DNA of 64,000 nucleotides from Burkholderiales bacterium (GTDB lineage Bacteria; Patescibacteriota; Minisyncoccia; Phycocordibacterales; UBA9973): NCBI GenBank assembly GCA_023701005.1, contig JAMPXW010000001.1, positions 35,769 to 99,768 of the forward strand, read 5' to 3'. Shown piece by piece: positions 56,619 to 64,000 of this stretch (position 1 is its first letter; each line of letters starts with the position of its first letter). The notes under the pieces were generated by a model. It saw only the letters and a program-made list of their open reading frames with translations, ran no database searches and was not told where the DNA came from. The position numbers and the translations under genes were made by a program.

Positions 56619-56714
56619 AAATCGTGAGAATTAAAAATTTTAAGAGTCGTGTTGGTCCCCTGTCCTTATGTCCCCGAGGGCGAAGGCTCAGAAATTTTTG
56701 AATTCTTATGATTT

Positions 56715-58256
56715 TTATCTTACTCCGTGTTTAGTATGTAATTTTTCTACTTCCTTTTCTTCGAGCTCTTCTTTTTTTTCTTTACCCCTCTCCCCCAATA
56801 TTCTCAGTTCATTGTCGGAAAGCATATTTAAGGATTTAACTAATTCTGAAAGATGTTCTTTGGTATTTTTCGTCGCATCATCTAAAACTTCTTCTAAGAG
56901 CGCATGCAAAATCCATCCCATCCTCGGTCCTGGTTTTATCCCTAATTCTTTCATCATAAACTCTCCATCTATTTTGAGAGCTCCGACAGATATAGGGTCA
57001 TGTAAAGCTTCTTCTATCATCGCAAAATATTTTCGTAAACGATAAGGAGCTTCTTTTTTCTTCATGCCGACTCTGTCGCATTCACGCACATTCATTAGTG
57101 ACCAAATATTTTCAGAACCAACTTTTGTAATGATTCTTCTGACGGCAGAAAGTGTAATCAATTCTGTATCAGAAAAAAACATATGATTGCGGACAAGCTT
57201 GTCAACCAATTCAATTTCTTTTTTAAGAAATTTTAATCTTTCCATTATCTTTTTACTCATCTTAGAACTTATCACTTCATGACCATAAAAAGTATACTTT
57301 TTCTTACCAGAAGAAACTTCTCGTCTACTTTTTGGTTTTCCTATATCATGAAAAAGAGCAGCTAAACGTACTTCCAAGGACCAATCTTTATCAGCTGCAT
57401 GTTGCAATGCGTGGAGTAAATGATTCCAAACATCATATATATGTTCCCCTGATTGTTCACACCCTACACCATCTTCAAGTTCTGGAATGATATTTTTTAA
57501 AAGCCCCAGCCTTTGTAACATTTCAACACCAATAGCTGGGTTAGGAGAATTTATTATTTTTACAAATTCATCTCTTATTCTTTCCAGTGAAATATTTTTT
57601 ATCAAATCTGAATTTCTAAAAATACTATCAATAGTTTCATGAGAAACAGAAAAATCTAATTGCACTGAAAATCTTATAGCTCTGAGCATTCTCAAGGCAT
57701 CCTCCTGAAAACGATCATCAGCCTTCCCTACTGTCCTTAAGACTTTATTTTCAATGTCCTTTATACTTTCAAACATATCTACAAGGTGTCCTTTAGAATC
57801 TAACGCCAGCGCATTCACTGTAAAATCACGTCTTTTAAGGTCATCTTCAAGTTTAGTACTAAAAGAAACCTCATCTGGGTGTCTAAAATCACTATATTTG
57901 GCTTCTATTCTATATGGGGTCACCTCTACCATCTCATAAGAAATAGTTTCAGGTGAAACAACCTCATCTTGTGTTTCACCCTCCGACGCTAAAACTTTGG
58001 CGGACAAGTGCGGAACACATACAATAACAGTGCCAAACTTATTCTCATATATGGTCTTCTCAAATAGCCCCATGATTTGTTCTGGTTTTGCGTTTGTCGT
58101 TATATCCCAATCCTTTGGTTTTTTGTCGATAATAAGATCCCTGACACATCCACCAACAAGATACGCCTCAAAACCACCTTTTTCTAATGTTTTTGTTACA
58201 TATGAAACTTCTTTGGGTATTTTAGATATTAAATTTTTGAGTTCTATAGATGCCAT
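56715..58256 (-). CDS. cca: CCA-adding tRNA nucleotidyltransferase with HD domain
   Basis: LVGGCVRDLIIDKKPKDWDITT (Pol-beta NT motif) and HDIGK in the HD domain. Confidence 0.85.
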   Translation of the reverse strand: MASIELKNLISKIPKEVSYVTKTLEKGGFEAYLVGGCVRDLIIDKKPKDWDITTNAKPEQIMGLFEKTIYENKFGTVIVCVPHLSAKVLASEGETQDEVVSPETISYEMVEVTPYRIEAKYSDFRHPDEVSFSTKLEDDLKRRDFTVNALALDSKGHLVDMFESIKDIENKVLRTVGKADDRFQEDALRMLRAIRFSVQLDFSVSHETIDSIFRNSDLIKNISLERIRDEFVKIINSPNPAIGVEMLQRLGLLKNIIPELEDGVGCEQSGEHIYDVWNHLLHALQHAADKDWSLEVRLAALFHDIGKPKSRREVSSGKKKYTFYGHEVISSKMSKKIMERLKFLKKEIELVDKLVRNHMFFSDTELITLSAVRRIITKVGSENIWSLMNVRECDRVGMKKKEAPYRLRKYFAMIEEALHDPISVGALKIDGEFMMKELGIKPGPRMGWILHALLEEVLDDATKNTKEHLSELVKSLNMLSDNELRILGERGKEKKEELEEKEVEKLHTKHGVR

Positions 58257-58267
58257 CTATAATTCTG

Positions 58268-58338
58268 TGCGGCTAGGGAGAATCGAACTCCCGTCTCATC
58301 CTTGGCAAGGACGTGTTCTACCACTAAACCATAACCGC
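58268..58338 (-). tRNA. tRNA-Gly(GCC), CCA not encoded
   Basis: Hand-folded cloverleaf: acceptor GCGGTTA/TAGCCGC, anticodon loop TTGCCAA, T-arm GGGAG-TTCGATT-CTCCC. Confidence 0.75.
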
Positions 58339-58501
58339 GTTATTATTCTAATAAAAACATATTTATTATTTTAACAATACAATTATAATATTTTATTGAA
58401 TATATTGCAATTTATATAAATAAACCTTTGTTTATAAGTCTTTTTATAAAAGAAAATTAATTTTGATAATTATATAAATAAAGAGTATAATTAATATTCT
58501 T

Positions 58502-58573
58502 GCACCCGTAGTGAAATGGATATCATACCTGCCTTCGAAGCAGTTGTTGGGGGTTCGAATCCCTCCGGGTGCA
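58502..58573 (+). tRNA. tRNA-Arg(TCG), CCA not encoded
   Basis: Acceptor GCACCCG/CGGGTGC, anticodon loop CTTCGAA, T-arm GGGGG-TTCGAAT-CCCTC. One mismatch at the base of the anticodon stem. Confidence 0.65.
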
Positions 58574-58887
58574 CACGGAAAAGTAAATTTACTTATCCTC
58601 CTCTTGTCCTTTATTTTTATCTTATTTTATAAGGATTTTATTAAAAACTGTGGATAACTATGTTGGTAATGTTTATAAAGGACACTAAATTTTTTTGTCT
58701 TTTAAGTCCATTTTGTCTAAAATAGCTTGTAAAATAAGGATATTTTGATAAAAGACACAAAAATGCTCTATTTGTTTCACATGAAACCAAAATAGTTCAT
58801 AAAGTAGAAAGTTTATAAGGTAAAAAGTAAATTAAACCTAAAAAAGCTTTGTACTTTAAGAACTTTACGAACCTTTAACTACTCAAT

Positions 58888-59316
58888 ATGCCAAAAGTAT
58901 TTACATCAGGTACCCAAAAAATTGGAGAACTTGGGGAAAATATAGCAACAAAGTTTCTTATGAAACATGGTTTTTCTATACTGGATCGCAATTACACCCA
59001 AAAATGGGGTGAAATAGATATCGTAGCCCAAAAAGAAGAAAAACTATATTTTATAGAAGTAAAAAGTGTTACACGGGAAACATTAAACACCTTTATCTCC
59101 AAATCTTTTGATGCTTCTGATGACCGATATGAATATAGGCCAGAAGATAATATGCATCCATGGAAACTCAAACGTCTCTCAAGAACAATACAGACATATC
59201 TACTGGATAGAAACATTGATGAAAATATGGAATGGCAATTAGATCTATTCGTGGTCTATCTATGCCCAAAAGAAAAGAAAGCTAAAATAAAAGTGGTAAG
59301 TGATATTATTTTATGA
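58888..59316 (+). CDS. YraN/UPF0102-family endonuclease-like protein
   Basis: GELGENIATKFLMKHGFSILDRNYTQKWGEIDIVA...YFIEVKS. Confidence 0.7.
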   Translation: MPKVFTSGTQKIGELGENIATKFLMKHGFSILDRNYTQKWGEIDIVAQKEEKLYFIEVKSVTRETLNTFISKSFDASDDRYEYRPEDNMHPWKLKRLSRTIQTYLLDRNIDENMEWQLDLFVVYLCPKEKKAKIKVVSDIIL

Positions 59317-59332
59317 TATACTCATTCAGATT

Positions 59333-59403
59333 CGGGCTGTAGTATACCGGTAGTACAAGCGCTTTGGGAGCGTTTAGACTGGGTTCGATTCCCAGCAGCC
59401 CGA
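59333..59403 (+). tRNA. tRNA-Pro(TGG), CCA not encoded
   Basis: Acceptor CGGGCTG/CAGCCCG, anticodon loop TTTGGGA, T-arm CTGGG-TTCGATT-CCCAG. Confidence 0.75.
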
Positions 59404-59448
59404 CAAGTTAGAGCCAAGGCGGGCTTGCCCGCCATAGCTTTAGCGGAG

Positions 59449-59519
59449 GCGGGATTAGTTTAATGGTAAAATAACAGTTTTCCAAACTGTGGTTGGGAGT
59501 TCGATTCTCCCATCCCGCA
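59449..59519 (+). tRNA. tRNA-Gly(TCC), CCA not encoded
   Basis: Acceptor GCGGGAT/ATCCCGC, anticodon stem ACAGT/ACTGT with loop TTTCCAA, T-arm GGGAG-TTCGATT-CTCCC. Confidence 0.75.
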
Positions 59520-59534
59520 CAAAATATGAAATTC

Positions 59535-59546
59535 TACTTGCAAGTA
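59535..59546. promoter_or_regulatory. 12-bp perfect palindrome TACTTGCAAGTA about 27 bp upstream of the fur/zur start (autoregulatory operator candidate)
   Basis: Seen directly. Confidence 0.3.
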
Positions 59547-59572
59547 ATTTGCATCTATGTTAAGCTATTTTT

Positions 59573-59989
59573 ATGCAAGGAATAAAAGAACTACTAAACA
59601 AAAAAGGGCACAAAGCCACACCAGCTCGTTTGGCTATAATAAATATATTTAAAAACAACAAAAAACCAATCAGTGCTGAAGAAGTTTATAAAAATTTAAA
59701 AACAAAATTAAAAAATATAAACGTTACAACTATTTACAGGAATCTATCTTCTTTATCGAGTGAAGGGATTCTAAGAAAAGTTGATCTTAAAAAAGATTTT
59801 GACTTATTTGAATTAAACGAAGATCATCATCATCATATTGTTTGTACTGATTGCAATAAAATAGAAAGTTTTAAAAATAAAGAAGTAGAAAATTTATTAA
59901 ACACAATAATTAAAAAGTCGAACAATTTTAAACAAATAAAAGAACATTCCTTCGAAATTTTTGGCCTATGTAAGGCATGTTCTAAATAA
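59573..59989 (+). CDS. Fur-family metalloregulator (probably Zur, given the downstream ZIP transporter)
   Basis: DNA-binding helix TTIYRNL, the HHHH-IVCTDC region and C-terminal CKAC. Confidence 0.8.
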   Translation: MQGIKELLNKKGHKATPARLAIINIFKNNKKPISAEEVYKNLKTKLKNINVTTIYRNLSSLSSEGILRKVDLKKDFDLFELNEDHHHHIVCTDCNKIESFKNKEVENLLNTIIKKSNNFKQIKEHSFEIFGLCKACSK

Positions 59990-59993
59990 AATC

Positions 59994-60743
59994 ATGATCA
60001 CAACCTATTTTTATGCATTCATAAGTGTCTTTATAGTGAGTCTAGTTTCCCTAATTGGAGTTTTTGCAATTTCTTTTAAAGAAGAAACTATTAAAAAATA
60101 TATTGATCTATTTATCAGTCTCGCTGTCGGAGCACTTTTAGGAGATGCCTTCATACATATAATTCCTGAAACTCTAGAAAATTTTGAAAACACCACAATG
60201 GCTAGTCTTTTAATTATTTTCGGTATTTTAATATTTTTTACTATAGAAAAATTTTTCCACTGGCATCATCACGGAGAAGACAAAGAAGAAACCCACATAC
60301 ATCCAGTAGGGAAACTAGTACTCGTCACAGATGGATTTCATAATTTTGTAGATGGGATAATCATTGGCGTAAGTTTCATGGTCAGTATACCTTTAGGCAT
60401 AGCCACATCGATAGCTGTCGTCTTGCATGAAATTCCACAAGAGATAGGGGATTATGCAGTACTCATTCATTCAGGATATGAGAAAACAAAAGCATTGTGG
60501 TTAAATTTTATATCAGCATTGTTTGCAATATTTGGACTCGTAGTAGCTTTCATCTTTGGAAACATCGCTGAGAAATCTATTCTCTGGGTTTTGCCCATAG
60601 CTGCAGGAGGTTTCATCTATATTGCTGTCGCAGACTTGATACCAGAACTTCAAAAAACAAAGAATCTAAAATATTCTATCCTACAAATTCTCTCCGTCGT
60701 TCTCGGAATATTGGCAATGGTGTCTCTGCTATCTTTAGAATAA
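59994..60743 (+). CDS. ZIP-family (ZupT-like) metal transporter; start at internal Met (MITTYF)
   Basis: HEIPQEIGDYAVL signature and about 8 TM segments. It overlaps the Fur stop region. Confidence 0.8.
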   Translation: MITTYFYAFISVFIVSLVSLIGVFAISFKEETIKKYIDLFISLAVGALLGDAFIHIIPETLENFENTTMASLLIIFGILIFFTIEKFFHWHHHGEDKEETHIHPVGKLVLVTDGFHNFVDGIIIGVSFMVSIPLGIATSIAVVLHEIPQEIGDYAVLIHSGYEKTKALWLNFISALFAIFGLVVAFIFGNIAEKSILWVLPIAAGGFIYIAVADLIPELQKTKNLKYSILQILSVVLGILAMVSLLSLE

Positions 60744-60756
60744 TTTATTTTACCTA

Positions 60757-60788
60757 AAAGCCCCCGACTAATGTCGGGGGCTTTTTTG
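60757..60788. terminator. bidirectional terminator AAAAGCCCCCGAC-TAAT-GTCGGGGGCTTTTTT
   Basis: Seen directly. Confidence 0.6.
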
Positions 60789-60817
60789 TTTTTTAAATCT
60801 TTTTTTATTTCAAATTT

Positions 60818-61948
60818 TTATCTTGCCCAAGAACCATTAGAACCTGGATTCTTAGCACCATATACTTCAAAGTGTAAATGTGCACCATTGCCTCCTTTGG
60901 CTGCTCTCACTCTTCCACTATTGCCGACATACCCAATAATTTCTCCCTGAGAAACTGTTTGTCCTGTCGTACTAGCTAATTTAAATAAATGACTATATAA
61001 AGTTTTTGTTCCATTTGGATGTTGAATAATGACCATATTTCCATAAGCACCATTCCAACCCATACGAGCTAGTAATATTGTACCTCCAGCTGCGGCATAT
61101 ATAGGAGTACCGATAGGAGCTGCCAAATCTACAGCATTTTTACCATGTAAGCCTTGAGTTTTTATTGCTCCTGGGACAGGATTAATATAATATCCGGCAA
61201 TATTTTTAACTGGAGTCTTTGGATAATAATTCTTAGTCTTAGTACCAGTATTTACTGGACCATCCACAGATATTTCACCGTCAGGAATAATGAGTTCATC
61301 GCCAACCGCTAATTTTGCATTCACAGTCAAATCATTAAAATCAACTATATCTAAAACATCCACTTTATATTTTTGAGCAATGCTCTTCAATGTCTGACCT
61401 TTGGTCACGACATGCTTAACCCCAGATACAGGCAAAATTATTAAAACTTCGCCTTCTTTCAAAGGAGCACCTTTCTTCATATCGTTTGCCCAAAGAATAG
61501 TATTTACAGAAACATCAAACATTTTAGCTATTTGAGAGATAGAATCGCCTTTTCTTATCACGTATACACTAACTTGATCAAAAGAGGAATCTCTATCTTC
61601 TGTTCCATCAGATACACCCAATGGACCAGTCACAGGAAGGAGGGCATTGTCAGATACTATATTTACATCAACATTTTCCTTTATCTCTCCTTCCTTTGCC
61701 TTATCTTCGTCATCCTTAGAAATCGGCAAAGAAGACATATCTGCCTCTAAAAGACTCATATTTTGTGAGTTTTTAACAGTTTGTGTTGAATTTAAAGGGT
61801 TTATCACAACAGCTGAAGCTTCTGTGCCTAAAATAGACGAAAATAGGCCTGCATTTGCACTCAAAGGAGCAAAAAATATAGATAAAATAAGCCCTAATGA
61901 TAGGAAACTAGCCAGAATAGAACTGGATATTTTAGTTAAATTTCTCAT
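60818..61948 (-). CDS. secreted LysM-LysM-M23 metallopeptidase
   Basis: Two LysM motifs (DSISQIAKMFDVSVNTILWAN; QTLKSIAQKYKVDVLDIVDFN) and an M23 C-terminus (HGKNAVDLAAPIGTPIYAAAGG; GAHLHFEV). Confidence 0.85.
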   Translation of the reverse strand: MRNLTKISSSILASFLSLGLILSIFFAPLSANAGLFSSILGTEASAVVINPLNSTQTVKNSQNMSLLEADMSSLPISKDDEDKAKEGEIKENVDVNIVSDNALLPVTGPLGVSDGTEDRDSSFDQVSVYVIRKGDSISQIAKMFDVSVNTILWANDMKKGAPLKEGEVLIILPVSGVKHVVTKGQTLKSIAQKYKVDVLDIVDFNDLTVNAKLAVGDELIIPDGEISVDGPVNTGTKTKNYYPKTPVKNIAGYYINPVPGAIKTQGLHGKNAVDLAAPIGTPIYAAAGGTILLARMGWNGAYGNMVIIQHPNGTKTLYSHLFKLASTTGQTVSQGEIIGYVGNSGRVRAAKGGNGAHLHFEVYGAKNPGSNGSWAR

Positions 61949-62048
61949 GATAGTACCATCGTCTCTGAATTCCTGTCATTTATCTGCGTTTGCCACCTTG
62001 AAAGGTACATATATAGGGTAGCAAATAAGGGGCTTAAGTCAACCGTAC

Positions 62049-62082
62049 TGTGGATAACTGGGCAAGGGCCGCCCTTCAACTT
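62049..62082. repeat. GC-rich dispersed repeat, copy C: CTGTGGATAACTGGGCAAGGGCCGCCCTTCAAC
   Basis: Seen directly in the divergent intergenic region. Confidence 0.5.
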
Positions 62083-62107
62083 TTTTATTTCGTGTATAAT
62101 AAAAAAT

Positions 62108-62329
62108 ATGGAAGGAAGAGAAATATTAAAAAAATTTAATGAAGAAATAGATCCAGAGACAGAAGAAAGGCCTGTTTTTAATTATACGGCAAACAATGGT
62201 GAAAAATTAGAATGCCATCTTGTTAATGGAAAATGGAGGTACAAAGGTGCTCTTGGGATACTTCATCCCATAGCAGAAGAAAAACAAGAGCTCTTAAACA
62301 GGGAATACGAAAAATCTAAAAACTCTTAA
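62108..62329 (+). CDS. hypothetical 73-aa protein
   Basis: ORF only. Confidence 0.3.
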   Translation: MEGREILKKFNEEIDPETEERPVFNYTANNGEKLECHLVNGKWRYKGALGILHPIAEEKQELLNREYEKSKNS

Positions 62330-62385
62330 AAGCTCTACCCACAGTGGAGCTTTTTTAAAATTTTACTAAGGGGTATAATAAACTT

Positions 62386-63969
62386 ATGCTAAAATTTGAA
62401 TTCAAAAATCCCTTTAAGAAAAAAGAAGTAATTGAAAGCCGCCCTTTAACTTTAGATGAAATACTAAAGAAACTAGATGAAGTTGAAAAAGAACTAGACA
62501 GTAATCCAAAAAGAAGCAGGAGGTTAGAGCTTGAAAATAAAAAAAGTCTTTTAGAAACTGAAGAAAGAAACGCACGAGAAAGAGAAAGAGGAACACAAAC
62601 AAACTATAATAATTTCAATCAAAAAAATTCAATCATTCCAAAAAATAAAATTGAAAACCAGAAACCAGAAATAGTACCGGAAAAAGAAATTATAATTCCA
62701 AAAGAAACTATAACTCCTCCTGTAGAACCCACAGAGCAAAAAGTAACCTTAAAAATGATTCAGGATGCTGAAAGAAAACAGCAACAAGAAATCGACGAAT
62801 TAAAAAAACACGCAGAATTTTATTTAAAAAATAAAGAAACAAAAATTCCCAAACAGGAAGAGGTTTTAGAATCCAAAAAAGAAAAAGAAATCAAATTTGA
62901 TGAAGAAGCAGATAAAATAATTTCAAATGTTTTAGACGAAGAATTTAAAAAAGGGAACATTCCTGAAGAAAATAATAACTTTCAAAAAGAACGAGAATTG
63001 ATAGAAAGTTTAGAGGAAATAGATAATGCCTTGCAATCAATGGAAAAACACCCCGAAGCGGAAGGAACTCAAACAACCAAGCAAGGATTAAGTTTTGAAA
63101 CAATAGAAAAAACAAGAAAGGCTTTTGAAAAAAATGAGCGAGAAAATTTTGCAATGGCAAAAAAAATGGGAGAGCTCTACCAAGAAATTCAAAAAAACAA
63201 AAACGCTGAAAGAGAACCCATAAAAGAAAACGAAGAACCTAAAATCATTAAAGATAAAATAATTTCAGAGAACCCAAAAATAGAAAAAGAAACAACGGAG
63301 GAAAAAATCAACATACCAGAAGAACATAATAAATATATTCCACAAGAAACAAAAGAAGAGGAATCAAATCCTGAAAAAACTGAAAGGGAACAAAAGATAG
63401 AGGAAATAAAAAAAATAATAGAAGAAGGACAATCTGTAATACAAAAAAATAAAGAAGTGCTAGAAAAAGAAAAAGAAAATAGAGAAGGAATTTTAAAAAA
63501 ATTAAAAGAAATAAGAGAAAAAAAAGAAAAAACAACTCCGTTTAATAAAGAACTTGGAAACAAAGCTGAAACAGAATCTTTTAATGCAAAATTCATCGAA
63601 AATAAAGTACGTGAACTTTTAAAATCACAGGAAGGTATAAAAAAAATAAATAGCCTAAAAATTGAAGGATCCGGAGATTCAATCCAATTAAGTTTAGACT
63701 TCGAGGCTGAAGGCAAAAAATTCGGAGTAGCAATAAAAATAAAAGGAATTATAAACACCACAATCTTTAATAAAGATAATACTATTGTAATTAAAAAACC
63801 TGAGGTAAAGGCAAACACGACAGATACTATATTAATAAATAAAACATTAACTCCAAAGCTTGATGAGGCAATAAAAGAAATAATAAAATTTATAGAAAAA
63901 GAAAAAGATAAAAAAGTCGAAAAAATTTGGATTGAAAATGGAGAATTAAAAGCTTTATATAAACAATAA
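62386..63969 (+). CDS. 527-aa Lys/Glu-rich low-complexity protein
   Basis: ORF with extreme KE bias and a structured-looking C-terminal ~130 aa. Confidence 0.5.
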   Translation: MLKFEFKNPFKKKEVIESRPLTLDEILKKLDEVEKELDSNPKRSRRLELENKKSLLETEERNARERERGTQTNYNNFNQKNSIIPKNKIENQKPEIVPEKEIIIPKETITPPVEPTEQKVTLKMIQDAERKQQQEIDELKKHAEFYLKNKETKIPKQEEVLESKKEKEIKFDEEADKIISNVLDEEFKKGNIPEENNNFQKERELIESLEEIDNALQSMEKHPEAEGTQTTKQGLSFETIEKTRKAFEKNERENFAMAKKMGELYQEIQKNKNAEREPIKENEEPKIIKDKIISENPKIEKETTEEKINIPEEHNKYIPQETKEEESNPEKTEREQKIEEIKKIIEEGQSVIQKNKEVLEKEKENREGILKKLKEIREKKEKTTPFNKELGNKAETESFNAKFIENKVRELLKSQEGIKKINSLKIEGSGDSIQLSLDFEAEGKKFGVAIKIKGIINTTIFNKDNTIVIKKPEVKANTTDTILINKTLTPKLDEAIKEIIKFIEKEKDKKVEKIWIENGELKALYKQ

Positions 63970-64000
63970 TTTTATGGCAGAAATAATAAGTCAGGAAGAA

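Noticed and set aside
37849-62082. The four perfect DnaA boxes as a chromosomal origin (oriC).
   Set aside because: The boxes are spread over about 25 kb, not clustered within a few hundred bp. There is no dnaA or dnaN gene and no AT-rich DUE nearby. This fits a dispersed repeat or regulatory motif better.
62386-63969. Repetitive KE-rich region as a CRISPR array or tandem DNA repeat.
   Set aside because: It is a continuous 527-aa ORF with codon-level low complexity (AAA/GAA), not regularly spaced direct repeats. No cas genes are present.

Overview
This is an AT-rich, gene-dense bacterial window whose gene repertoire (short housekeeping proteins, type IV pilus genes, a giant Ser/Thr/Gly-rich surface protein, TrmB and LexA regulators, a membrane pyrophosphatase) fits a reduced Patescibacteria/CPR-like genome. 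That placement is inference only. Housekeeping content includes dut, tmk, glyA, sod, rnhA, recJ, pgk, tpiA, nusA, hppA, tig, clpP, rny, hup, lexA, pnp, rpsO, xerC/D, xth, murI, cca, a zur-ZIP pair and four tRNAs that lack an encoded CCA. Accessory content includes a pilB-pilC-pilin block fused to tpiA-pgk and a 1357-aa repeat-rich surface protein. There is also a secreted protein ending in a textbook T9SS-type C-terminal sorting domain, and two paralogous ~560-aa Cys-rich proteins. A REP-associated tyrosine transposase sits between identical hairpins, and several short GC-rich repeat families recur, one of which carries perfect DnaA-box cores. The strongest candidate for an undescribed system is a radical SAM/SPASM maturase at 24245..25414. 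It is followed on the same strand by a 24-aa Cys-rich ORF that I read by hand at about 24134..24208 (MKKVSIARIKPVINNSASCCTSCK) and by a 258-aa unknown protein; a 22-bp perfect palindrome sits upstream. This looks like a RiPP-type locus. I found no rRNA and no CRISPR array. Coordinates of small hand-called elements are approximate (about +/-2 nt).
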